A stretch of DNA of 64,000 nt from Synechococcus sp. (lineage in GTDB: Bacteria > Cyanobacteriota > Cyanobacteriia > Thermostichales > PCC-7336). The stretch is from the NCBI GenBank assembly GCA_051439605.1, contig JBFRWN010000044.1, positions 96,249 to 160,248 of the forward strand, written 5' to 3'. A program made the translations under genes and the position numbers. Below are positions 32,561 to 41,586 of the stretch, piece by piece (position 1 is the stretch's first letter; each line of letters opens with the position of its first letter). The notes under the pieces are model-generated. The model was not told the DNA's origin, made no database searches, and saw only the letters and a list, made by a program, of their open reading frames with translations.

Positions 32561-34876
32561 GTGAAAGCGAGCAGACGTGATTTTTTAGTCAGAAGCCTCT
32601 TGGGGACAGCCGGGATCGCCGTTGCCCCCCAGATCGAAGCAGCAGCCCAACGCATATTGGGCCAATCTCAAACCTGGGGATCGGCTATGGCCGCCACCGC
32701 GGGTCGCAAATTTGCATTGTTGGTCGGGGTCGATCGCTACAGCAACGGCCTCGACCCCCTACAGGGATGTGCCACGGATGTCACTTTGCAGCAGGAGGTA
32801 CTGGAACATCGGTTTGGGTTTTCCAACATTGCCACCCTGATCGACGAAGCTGCCACACGCGCAGCGATCGAACAAACATTCATTGACCATCTCATCGAGC
32901 AGGTGGGACCCAACGATTCCGTTGTTGTTCACTTTAGTGGCTACGGACGGACTCTTCCCGATGGCAGTCCGCTATTGATGTCAGCCGATGCTCAGGCTAA
33001 TCCTGCTGGTGGGGAAATTACCGATCTGCCTCTAGAAACTCTCTACCAGCTGGTTCAAGCCCTCAACACCAGATTAGTCACCGTTGTTTTAGATTGCGGC
33101 TTCGCTACAGAAACCACCGCAGAATTAGGCAATTGGCGGGTGCGATCGCCGCTACCTCTTGCGAGCTTAGAAGTGGCTGATGGAGATGACTCTGATAGTT
33201 ATCGCCATCCAGATTACCGATATGCAAAAGCGGTACTAGAGCGGCAAACTAGCATCCACGAGAAATACCGCACTAGCCCCCCCCCTGGAAGCTTTAGCTA
33301 CGGCCTCATCAGTCGAGCGCAGGGCAACTGGATAATGGCAGCGGCCCCTGGCCAAGCTGCGGCAGAGGGCTTTTGGAATGGATTTAGTGCCGGCTTGCTG
33401 ACCTACCTCTTGACCCAGTCCCTGTGGGAAATGGGGGGCGTCGATGATTGGCAACAGCTCTATCAACTGACCAGCGCAAAAGCCCAGCAAGCGGCGGTTC
33501 CTGACGAGCGGCCCATTTTGCAAGGGAAAGGCAATAGCCCCAATCGCCCTTATTCCCCGGATCCGATCGCGATCGGTCCAGCAGGGGCTTCGGGGGTTAT
33601 CCATGCGGTGCAAGATGACCGCACTGACATCTGGTTGGGAGGAATCTCCCCAACTGTCCTGCCTTTTTTGAAGCCAGGGACCCGGTTTAAGGATTGGAAC
33701 GACGGTAAAGAGTGGGTGCTGAAATCCCGGGAACGGCTTACCGCTCGTGTAGAGCCAGCCGAGGATCTTTCCCCGCCCACCCCCCTGTCCTCAGAGGACG
33801 CTGCCACCCAGCAGCCCGCCAGTCAGCTGCCTGCTATCCCAGCAGCCGCCTCCACTGGTGGGGCAGCTTCTCAGAGAACGGCATCCCCCCTAGGAGCTCT
33901 GGTAACGGAAGTCCAACGGGTTATTCCATTGGCGCGGTTAGCCATTGCCCTCGATAACAGTTTGCAGCGGATTGAAAAAGTTGATGTCAGCAGCGTCCTG
34001 TCCAACGCGAATCTGGCCGGAGAACTGCATGCGCTCGAAACCGCTCAATTGCAGGAGCGTGCGGTGGACTGTTTGTTTGGCCGCATGACACCCGATTTAC
34101 AGGCACAACTGACTCTGGAGAACCCTCCAGAAGTCGGCAGCTACGGCCTGATGTGGTCCGGTCGCGTTCCTCTCTACGATTCCTTCGGCAATGCTGGCGA
34201 AGCCCCCAAAAGCGCTATCAAACGGCTCATTCCCCGGCTGCAGCATCTACTAGCGGTTAAACGCCTGCGCGCAACTCTGAACGACAATGTTTCCCAGCTC
34301 TCGGTGGTGCTAGAGATTGGCAGTGGTGAAACTACCTGGCAAGCGGGAACCGCTCCTGCCGCCACCCAAACCCCCCTTGTCCGCAAGCTGAAACGAGGTC
34401 GAGTGGGCATTCCGCAACTCAAGGTGGGAGCACCATTGGTTTACACCCTTGAAAACCGAGGAAACACCCCCATTTATGTGGTTTTAGCTGTCCTCGATCG
34501 CCTCGGACGATTGTGCGTGTTAGCGAACCAAGGGGGAGATAACGCAGGAGCTTCCATAACGATTGCCTCCCACAGCAAGGTGGATCTGGGGCAAGCCTTG
34601 GGGATCGGTTTCGCAGTGCGCGCGCCACAAGGACTGACCGAGGTGTTTGCGATCGCTAGCAGTAACCCGATGCCTGCATCGGAAGATGCCCTCCAAACTG
34701 TCGCGCAAGCGATGGGGATCCGCAGCGGATTTGTTATGCTCCCCCAGCCCATAGACTTTGCCCAAACCGTATTGGCGGATCTGACGTCCCCTGGAACAGC
34801 CGAAGGGACCCGGCTACTCGATCACGCCCAAAGTGCCACGATTGGACTAGCCTACACCGTAGTCCAATCTGTCTGA
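32561..34876 (+). CDS. Peptidase C14 (orthocaspase)-like protein with Tat signal, degenerate catalytic dyad and C-terminal DUF4384-like domain
   Basis: SRRDFL twin-arginine motif; KFALLVGVDRY, LQGCATDV, ATRAAI; HFSGYG and VLDCG at the dyad positions. Confidence 0.85.
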   Translation: MKASRRDFLVRSLLGTAGIAVAPQIEAAAQRILGQSQTWGSAMAATAGRKFALLVGVDRYSNGLDPLQGCATDVTLQQEVLEHRFGFSNIATLIDEAATRAAIEQTFIDHLIEQVGPNDSVVVHFSGYGRTLPDGSPLLMSADAQANPAGGEITDLPLETLYQLVQALNTRLVTVVLDCGFATETTAELGNWRVRSPLPLASLEVADGDDSDSYRHPDYRYAKAVLERQTSIHEKYRTSPPPGSFSYGLISRAQGNWIMAAAPGQAAAEGFWNGFSAGLLTYLLTQSLWEMGGVDDWQQLYQLTSAKAQQAAVPDERPILQGKGNSPNRPYSPDPIAIGPAGASGVIHAVQDDRTDIWLGGISPTVLPFLKPGTRFKDWNDGKEWVLKSRERLTARVEPAEDLSPPTPLSSEDAATQQPASQLPAIPAAASTGGAASQRTASPLGALVTEVQRVIPLARLAIALDNSLQRIEKVDVSSVLSNANLAGELHALETAQLQERAVDCLFGRMTPDLQAQLTLENPPEVGSYGLMWSGRVPLYDSFGNAGEAPKSAIKRLIPRLQHLLAVKRLRATLNDNVSQLSVVLEIGSGETTWQAGTAPAATQTPLVRKLKRGRVGIPQLKVGAPLVYTLENRGNTPIYVVLAVLDRLGRLCVLANQGGDNAGASITIASHSKVDLGQALGIGFAVRAPQGLTEVFAIASSNPMPASEDALQTVAQAMGIRSGFVMLPQPIDFAQTVLADLTSPGTAEGTRLLDHAQSATIGLAYTVVQSV

Positions 34877-35027
34877 CCTAACGGGGTTCGTCATCGCCCA
34901 TAATAAGGAAATACACTAAGTGTAAGATTCGATCGCACTTGCACGGGAAGAAGTCTCCTGCTGTCGCTTCTCCCCTCGAGCTGGATAACCCCCTTCGCTT
35001 GCAAGTCACTCTGGAGGTTTTTAACTA

Positions 35028-35645
35028 GTGTTCTCAGACATACCGACGATGGATCAACGGGAAGTGATGCGCCTCAAGGAGCTTCTCCCCGCCAGCAGTC
35101 GGGAGGACATTGAGGTGCTAGGCGCCTCCATCAGCCAAACCGAAGTCATTCGCGGTCGGCGTCTGTTCCCTTGGCAAAAACAGCTCAAAATTACCATCAA
35201 ACCCCGCGATTGGGAACAGTTCAGCCCCAACCAACGCTCGACCATTTTTCTACACACCGTTGGGTATTTCAGTCCCTCTCTGACTCGCAGCTTAGATTTC
35301 TACGCCGCGCTGGCTGGTCTGGGGGGAGTCAGCCTCATGGTTGAAGGGGTGCAAAAGGACCCAGTAGGAATTGCGGTATCCGGTAGCTTGGGGGGATTGG
35401 CAATATGGCAGTTAATCAAAGATCGCAATAGCGATCGCCGCCTCCTAGCCGCCGATGCCTATGCCGTCGATCGCCTAGTTCTGCGCGGGCTAGACCGCAT
35501 TCAAGCAGTGGAAGCATTGGGACAAGCCCTACATCTCGAAGCCCGCCTTGTGGGGCGATGGGGAAACGATGTGGTGGATGTTTTGCGCTACAAAAATCTC
35601 AAACGACTGGCTCAGCGCCCAGCAGAAGATATTACCTTAAGTTAG
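35028..35645 (+). CDS. DUF3318-family membrane protein
   Basis: EVMRLKELLPAS start, two hydrophobic segments, LAADAYA; GGAGG RBS before the GTG. Confidence 0.75.
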   Translation: MFSDIPTMDQREVMRLKELLPASSREDIEVLGASISQTEVIRGRRLFPWQKQLKITIKPRDWEQFSPNQRSTIFLHTVGYFSPSLTRSLDFYAALAGLGGVSLMVEGVQKDPVGIAVSGSLGGLAIWQLIKDRNSDRRLLAADAYAVDRLVLRGLDRIQAVEALGQALHLEARLVGRWGNDVVDVLRYKNLKRLAQRPAEDITLS

Positions 35646-35737
35646 TTGAACTCTTAAGGTCAGAGCTGCATCAGCAAATTTAAGGTCACAGATCGTAGGT
35701 AGCAGGATATGGTTATGTAGCTGAATGGTGCAGGCAA

Positions 35738-36433
35738 GTGGAACAGCTACCGCTGGGGGACAGACTGAGGGATGTCGATCCTTTGGAGTATCCCGAATGC
35801 CGGGAGTACGACGGTGAGTTTGTCACGCTGCGTCCCCTGCATGCCGAACAGGACACCGATGCTCTGTTCGCAGTGTCCCACGGCGATAAAGAAATCGAAA
35901 AATTGTGGACCTATATGCCCGTTGGCCCATTCGCCGATCGCGACGCCATGCAGGCTTGGCTGCAGCAACTGGAGTCAGATGACGAGATTATCCCCTTTGC
36001 GGTCTATTCCAAGGCATTGCAAAAGTTGGTGGGCACCATTGCCTATCGGGCAATCGCCCCAGACATGCAGCGGCTAGAAATCGCGTACATTTGGTATACC
36101 CCGGAAGCGCAACGCACCCAAGTCAATACAGAAGCCGTGTATCTGTTGTTGAAAGAAGCCTTTGGAGAAAAGCGCTATCGGCGGGTGGAATGGAAGTGCG
36201 ATGCCCTCAATCTCAAATCACGCAATGCAGCGCTGCGTCTTGGATTTAGCTACGAAGGAACCTTCAAACAACATATGGTCGTCAAAGGGCGGAATCGGGA
36301 CACCGCTTGGTTTGGCATGCTCGATGACGATTGGCTCAAGCTGCAAGACCACATGGAAAAGTGGTTGTACAGCGGTGAAGAATGCTCGTTATTTGCCCTC
36401 AATCAACCGCAACTGCGGCGTGCTGTTTTCTGA
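35738..36433 (+). CDS. GNAT acetyltransferase, RimJ/RimL family
   Basis: LWTYMPVGPF, EIAYIWY, YRRVEWKCDALN..SRNAALRLGFSYEG, KGRNRDTAWF. Confidence 0.92.
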   Translation: MEQLPLGDRLRDVDPLEYPECREYDGEFVTLRPLHAEQDTDALFAVSHGDKEIEKLWTYMPVGPFADRDAMQAWLQQLESDDEIIPFAVYSKALQKLVGTIAYRAIAPDMQRLEIAYIWYTPEAQRTQVNTEAVYLLLKEAFGEKRYRRVEWKCDALNLKSRNAALRLGFSYEGTFKQHMVVKGRNRDTAWFGMLDDDWLKLQDHMEKWLYSGEECSLFALNQPQLRRAVF

Positions 36434-36527
36434 AGGTAAAAGCATTCTTGCAAACAGGTCAGACTGACGCCTTCCAGATCATTATTCCACATAATTTATT
36501 ACGATATAGCCTTTGCATCGGCATAGC

Positions 36528-36944
36528 ATGATGGCGGTATTAGGTGATAGTCGTTGCACCGTTGCTCTGTCTGTCGGAGCAGGTCGCTGAATGGGGTTGG
36601 GGTTCGTCAAACACTTGCTCAATTACGAGCAATTTGCCACCATTTATGCCACCTATCGCTCCGTCGATCGCATCTCAGAAGCCGCACTGAATATGCCGAT
36701 CGAAACCGCCTCGATTGAATACCACCGTAAGAGCCCCCAGACCATCCTGCTTGCCTTGCATCCCGGTACCACTAACACCGATTTATCTAAATCGTTTCAA
36801 GCGAGTGTCCCCCCCGAAAAACTGTTTTCGGTCGATCACATCGTCGCGCAATTGTTGGACGTAATTGCCCAAGTGGGACCGGACAACAGCGGCGAGTTTT
36901 TCAACTGGGATGCCCCCTCCCCTGGTAAGTGCCTGCTTGGGTGA
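36528..36944 (+). pseudogene. SDR oxidoreductase (C-factor/CsgA-like) pseudogene
   Basis: VGAGR*MGLGFV: the glycine-rich NAD motif has an in-frame TGA at 36588. After TYRSV the sequence jumps to AALNM...ALHPGTTNTDLS...SGEFFNWD, so the central part is deleted and YxxxK has become DRISE. Confidence 0.8.
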
Positions 36945-36999
36945 CTGATGTGGCGTCGCAGTAGTAGCGATGCTGTTGCGTGCTCTGAAATAGCTTGAC

Positions 37000-37365
37000 T
37001 TAGAGTGTTCCCCCAAACTCGCGAAACACCGACACAAACGCTATCAGCATCACAACGAGGGGAAACACCACTCCAAGAAAGCCTATAACCCCTAGAAAAC
37101 GAGCCCACCAAAATCGGATGGTTCTCTTGCTAGAATCCGGAATGTTGCGCGCTACGAGCACAACTTTAGCGGAATAGGCCAAAATCAGCGCACCGATGGG
37201 ACCCAATACCAAACTGGGCAAAAACCAAACCTGGACGAATTCAAAAGGGTAAACCTTTACTAGCGGCATTGCAGCAAAGCATAAGCCTTCCAAGATCAAC
37301 CACGTGAACAGGCTGTGCTTAAAATCTCGATAAATGACAGTTTTGTGGGCAGTCATCGGAATCAT
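37000..37365 (-). CDS. Hypothetical membrane protein (about 3 TM helices)
   Basis: 121-aa ORF with three hydrophobic segments in an otherwise unassigned gap. Confidence 0.65.
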   Translation of the reverse strand: MIPMTAHKTVIYRDFKHSLFTWLILEGLCFAAMPLVKVYPFEFVQVWFLPSLVLGPIGALILAYSAKVVLVARNIPDSSKRTIRFWWARFLGVIGFLGVVFPLVVMLIAFVSVFREFGGTL

Positions 37366-37628
37366 TGGGCTTAAGCACTATCCAATTTATTCCTAAATAT
37401 CCATTGAGGAAACTTGGGGAACAAAAAAACAAATAAAGTTTGGTAAATTTTAACGAATTCGAGATCGCAGAATGGAGCAATTGTGTCCTTGGAGCGATAG
37501 CGGAAAACCCCCTGTAGTAGTGAGATCGGCAACAAACTCAGACTGGAGTGAGAGTTGCTATCCGAATTGAAGCTTCCACAGTTATGCCATCGATTGTTAA
37601 GCGGAGTAGAGCTGAGCAGACTCAGAAC

Positions 37629-38384
37629 TTATGCTGTTTGTCTGGCAGGCGGGGACTCTTCTGCTGGGAATACCGCACTCACGGCTAAATCCATGTAGAA
37701 CTCCTCTTGATGCAGGCGCACCTGAGATCGCGACGCCATCATCAACAAAGCCCAAAACACCGTCGCCAGACTGGCTTTCCCCGGATACAGCTCCTCCTGT
37801 AGCGCAACCAAAGCCTCGAAGGTGAGGGAAGCGGCAGTTTGCCAAGCATTCGCCAAAATAGGCTCGAGTAAAGATACCGTCTCGGCCAAATTTTCCGGGT
37901 GCGACAGCTGAGAAATGCTTGTAATTCTCTCCCCTTTTACTGCTTTGTTACGCACCTTGCGGGGTTTGCCTGCTCGTTCCTGCACCGCCTGCTCTAGCAC
38001 TTGGAACTGCGCAATAATTTCTTTGAGAGTAACGGGGCGGGTTCGCTGAATGCGTGCGACCGGACGGGGACGCAACGTTTGCTCTAGCGGGATGCTGGGC
38101 AGCGGCTCAATTTCTCCCTCAAAAGGAGCCTCATCAAAATCTTCCTCTTCTTCCTCAAGTTCTGCTTCCGCTAGGGCCAATGCCTTGAGATAAACCAGCA
38201 TTGAGGCATATAAAAACGCTTGACCGGATTCAGATAAATCGCGGGTGTTGGCAGTAGGGGCTAATTTCATCAAAAACCGATCGATCACGTCGATGACTTG
38301 CACGTCCCACGGATCGATTTCTCCCCGTTCGGCTAACTCAATCAGAAGGGCGATCGCCTCTTCTGCCAGCGAAACTGCCAACAC
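37629..38384 (-). CDS. scpA: Segregation and condensation protein A (SMC kleisin)
   Basis: LIELAERGEIDPWDVQVIDVIDRFL, SGQAFLYASMLVYLK, RPVTLKE, C-terminal FWALL...LHQEEFY. Confidence 0.9.
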   Translation of the reverse strand: MLAVSLAEEAIALLIELAERGEIDPWDVQVIDVIDRFLMKLAPTANTRDLSESGQAFLYASMLVYLKALALAEAELEEEEEDFDEAPFEGEIEPLPSIPLEQTLRPRPVARIQRTRPVTLKEIIAQFQVLEQAVQERAGKPRKVRNKAVKGERITSISQLSHPENLAETVSLLEPILANAWQTAASLTFEALVALQEELYPGKASLATVFWALLMMASRSQVRLHQEEFYMDLAVSAVFPAEESPPARQTA

Positions 38385-38577
38385 TACTATCCCTAACTGC
38401 CATCACAATACTCGACACAGCTCGATAGGGCAGAGTTAAATCGCAGTTTCAATAAAAATTTGCGTAAGCTTGTCAAGCAAGATACTCCCGACAGAATGGA
38501 GGATATCGGGCAAGGAAAAAAATCGGGATGCGATCGCGGAATAAATCTTCCTGCAAATCTAGATTGCTCTGGTAGGC

Positions 38578-38799
38578 TTAATTGGCCTTCATATGTTCGC
38601 GGTAGTGAGCATCTAACCAACACTTCGGCAATGCCTCGCCAGAGGGAAATTCTAGATGAGCTTTAGTGAAATATTCTGCATCCTGCATTTCTTGGCCAGC
38701 ATGGAAACGACCCATCACTTTGGCCTGATTCGGATCGAATAAAGTATCCATAGAGAGAATTTCGACAAGAGCCCCGTTGGAATGGTGTTGAAGAAACAT
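38578..38799 (-). CDS. Conserved small cyanobacterial protein (often auto-annotated 'acetyltransferase')
   Basis: MFLQH..LVEIL..LFDP..GRFHAGQEMQD..LEFPSGEALPKCWLD; GGAGG RBS before ATG 38799. Confidence 0.8.
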   Translation of the reverse strand: MFLQHHSNGALVEILSMDTLFDPNQAKVMGRFHAGQEMQDAEYFTKAHLEFPSGEALPKCWLDAHYREHMKAN

Positions 38800-38964
38800 A
38801 CAACCTCCCAGGTTCAATCACTCTTCCAAACACAGATATAGCATTTGTGGCAGGAGCCCGAGAAGGAGAAGTAACTATATTTGCCTTGATATTTGTAACG
38901 ATCGGAAATCAACTGCTTTGGGGCCTCGATTCTGAGGAAGCGAATCTGGTATTCCAGTCGCTCG

Positions 38965-39953
38965 TTACAAGCTGATTAACGATGAAACTGCCTCCTGTGC
39001 CATTGCAGCAATCGTTTCATCAGTTGCTCTGGGTAAGCAGTAGTAATTTCCATTTGCCTGCAAAGCCAGCTCCCGTGCAAATCCTGCCGAGACAAACTTG
39101 CGATCGGTGTCAATGAGCAATAGTTGCATGCCCAGGGCGCGAATTCTGGCCGCAATCTCCAGCAGTTCCTGTTTGATATCGGGCTGTTCTGCATTCGATT
39201 CGGAAACATGGGCTTGACGTAACGACCTCGATCCTGCGAAAAAATTAGGTTTCCCCCGCCAGCTTTGCCTCGGCGACGGCGAGTCAGCCGGGCAAAGTTT
39301 AGCAGAGTCGGATCGATCTCCATCGGTTTGGGGGGGATCTCAAACTCCTCTGGCAACGTTTCACCATCCTTCGCCAGTTCCACCCCCACCTGCAAATCCT
39401 CAGCATTGACGATCGTTCGCCCCGATAGGGCCGCACGGGCCTTGGCAACCCATACTGCGCACAATTCCCCCCGGTGGCCCTCCACTTGGGCTCGCTCGGC
39501 TTCAGAGACTAAATAAGCGATCTGGTGCCTGGCGATGGCGACACCAGGCAGTAACTGCCGGGCAAGGGCAACTTGCAATTGCAGATTCTCAACGTCAGCC
39601 GCGTATCGTTCCAGAAAAGCTTGAGGGTTGTCTTTGTCAGCGATCGCCCGATTTATCCCCTCAATCCGTTGCTCTACTGTTAGTGGGCGATCTCTGCCGA
39701 CAAACCCATGGCAAATAGGTCGAACAAGCGAGAGCGCAACTGTTTTTCTTCAGGATTGTAGGTGGCGATAAAGAGGGGCTTGCAAGGATGTTCGAAGCTA
39801 TTGCCTTCCCGCTCGATGCGATTTCGCCCCTCCGTCAAGATGGTTAGCAGCAGATTGGCAATGCTGTCCTCCAGCACATCCAGTTCGTCGACGTAAACTA
39901 CGCCGCGATGGGCTGCGGCTAAAAGCCCCGGTTGGAAAACGGTTTCATCCTGC
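38965..39953 (-). pseudogene. chlD: Magnesium chelatase subunit ChlD pseudogene
   Basis: [64 protein letters not shown] and a frameshifted C-terminal [25 protein letters not shown]. The N-terminus is missing, there is an internal stop at 39680, and the Pro-rich linker and most of the vWA domain are deleted. Confidence 0.88.
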
Positions 39954-39955
39954 TG

Positions 39956-40111
39956 TCATGTTCCTAGCATAAGAAGGAGACCGTGATACCCACTGGTGTA
40001 AGCCATGATTCGCAGACTTACAACTTGGACATTTCGGATTGAACGTGACGGCACGACGTAGCTCGCGAATTCCTAACCTTCACAATTGGAGGGCTACCCA
40101 TGTCCAGATAA
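39956..40111 (+). mobile_element. Possible left non-coding end of an IS110-family element (remnant)
   Basis: Begins where chlD homology stops and ends in GGAGG-N7-ATG TCC AGA TAA. The sequence AAGGAGACCGTGATACC..GATTCGCAGACTTA.AACTTGG..GCGAATTC resembles, from memory, leaders of cyanobacterial IS110 transposases. Confidence 0.35.
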
Positions 40112-40233
40112 AGTTCATTTACGATGTCGTCAGATTGTCTGACTCACAAATCAAAGCAACTTTACTTATGAAGTGGCTATTCCAGATGGCTTAACACAAA
40201 CCTGTTACTGTCCTGTCTCAAAGCGAGGGCAAT

Positions 40234-41466
40234 ATGCTGAATCATCCAAAACACCAAGCTTGTCTTTGTGGGAGCAATGCAGAAGTCGTTAAAGCACTGA
40301 CAGAAACAGAGAAAATAGTAATAGGAAGGGCTCTAGACTGCCAGATTATTTTCGACGCTCCCCAGGAGGATGTCAGCGTCTCCAGACACCATGCAGAAGT
40401 GCGCCCTCTGGCCGAGTCAGAGGATTGGGAAATTTGCGACCTCAACAGTGCTAACGGAACCTTCGTTAACGGACAACAATTGCATGGATGTTTAAGATTG
40501 ACTCCGGGCGATCGCCTAACTTTTGGCCAGAGTCCACGGGAATTAGTTTTTGAAGTCCAAACGCTCCCGGCTATAGAGACGGGAACGGAAGTTTCTTCTC
40601 CGGGACAGAAAGGTCCTTTGTCGAGGCCAACAAATCATCACCGTAGTATTCTCTCTCCTGGAAGCTGGTTTCCACCGTTACGATCCCCCATTCAAAGCTC
40701 TGACTCAAAACCACGCTCAAGCTGGCAAGAGCTGTGGGAAAAAGGCAGATTCTCGTCGGTATTTATCTACTTAATACTATGTTTGATCGCAGTTTCGGTA
40801 TCAGATCGAGGCATTTCTAACGCACTTTTTACTGGATGCCTGCTAAGCATAGCCATTGCAACCATTTCTAGATTATGTGGCAAGTATAAGCCTTGGTGGC
40901 TGATCTTAGGATTAGCCTCAATCACTGCGGGTTTAACAGTTGTGGGACATGACTTGTTACCCGATATCCTAGCTGTAAAAAACGGTATATCTATTGTAAG
41001 GCAGTTGATTAAGGCTCCTACAAAAGAGATAATCAAAGCACTACCTGTGCTAAGCATCTATTCTATGGGCAGAATGCTGCCTCGCGCTTTACAGAAGAGA
41101 ATCAGAATTGTCGATCCTCTGGATGGAGTCTTATTAACAATTGCTTCAGCAATTGGGCTCGTAGTTGTTGAAAGTTATCATAAAGATCTTGCTCTCATTA
41201 TTGCTGGAATTTTGCCCAATACTGCCGGGGATTTAGCTTATAGTGGAGTTTTTGGCTACTACATTGGCCTGAGCGCAATGAAGAGTCCTCGTCACCGTTG
41301 GAAAATAATCGGATTTGGTTTTTTGCTGACGTCAGTGCTTCATTTTGTTCTAAATCTCAGATTTTTTCCAGTCGAGATTAGGATTTTGCTATCAATTTTA
41401 GAATATAGTCTGTTGATAACCTGTATTCTTAAAGGAATAGATGAAGCAGAAAAAATGAGAGCATAG
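40234..41466 (+). CDS. FHA domain plus PrsW-family intramembrane protease-like protein with degenerate catalytic motifs
   Basis: FHA: IGRALDCQI, VSRHHAEV, DLNSANGTFVNG. PrsW-like: LCGKYKPWW, KEIIKALP, DPLDGVLL, AYSGVFGYYIGL, LH..LN. Confidence 0.85.
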   Translation: MLNHPKHQACLCGSNAEVVKALTETEKIVIGRALDCQIIFDAPQEDVSVSRHHAEVRPLAESEDWEICDLNSANGTFVNGQQLHGCLRLTPGDRLTFGQSPRELVFEVQTLPAIETGTEVSSPGQKGPLSRPTNHHRSILSPGSWFPPLRSPIQSSDSKPRSSWQELWEKGRFSSVFIYLILCLIAVSVSDRGISNALFTGCLLSIAIATISRLCGKYKPWWLILGLASITAGLTVVGHDLLPDILAVKNGISIVRQLIKAPTKEIIKALPVLSIYSMGRMLPRALQKRIRIVDPLDGVLLTIASAIGLVVVESYHKDLALIIAGILPNTAGDLAYSGVFGYYIGLSAMKSPRHRWKIIGFGFLLTSVLHFVLNLRFFPVEIRILLSILEYSLLITCILKGIDEAEKMRA

Positions 41467-41586
41467 ATCTGGCTTAAAATTCACGATTGCAGAATCAGGC
41501 AAGCATGCTTTAGATACATTAGCTCGCTTGTAATCAGTTTAGGCTTGATGTTCTCACGCTACTAAGCAGCACTCATTTTGAGAATA

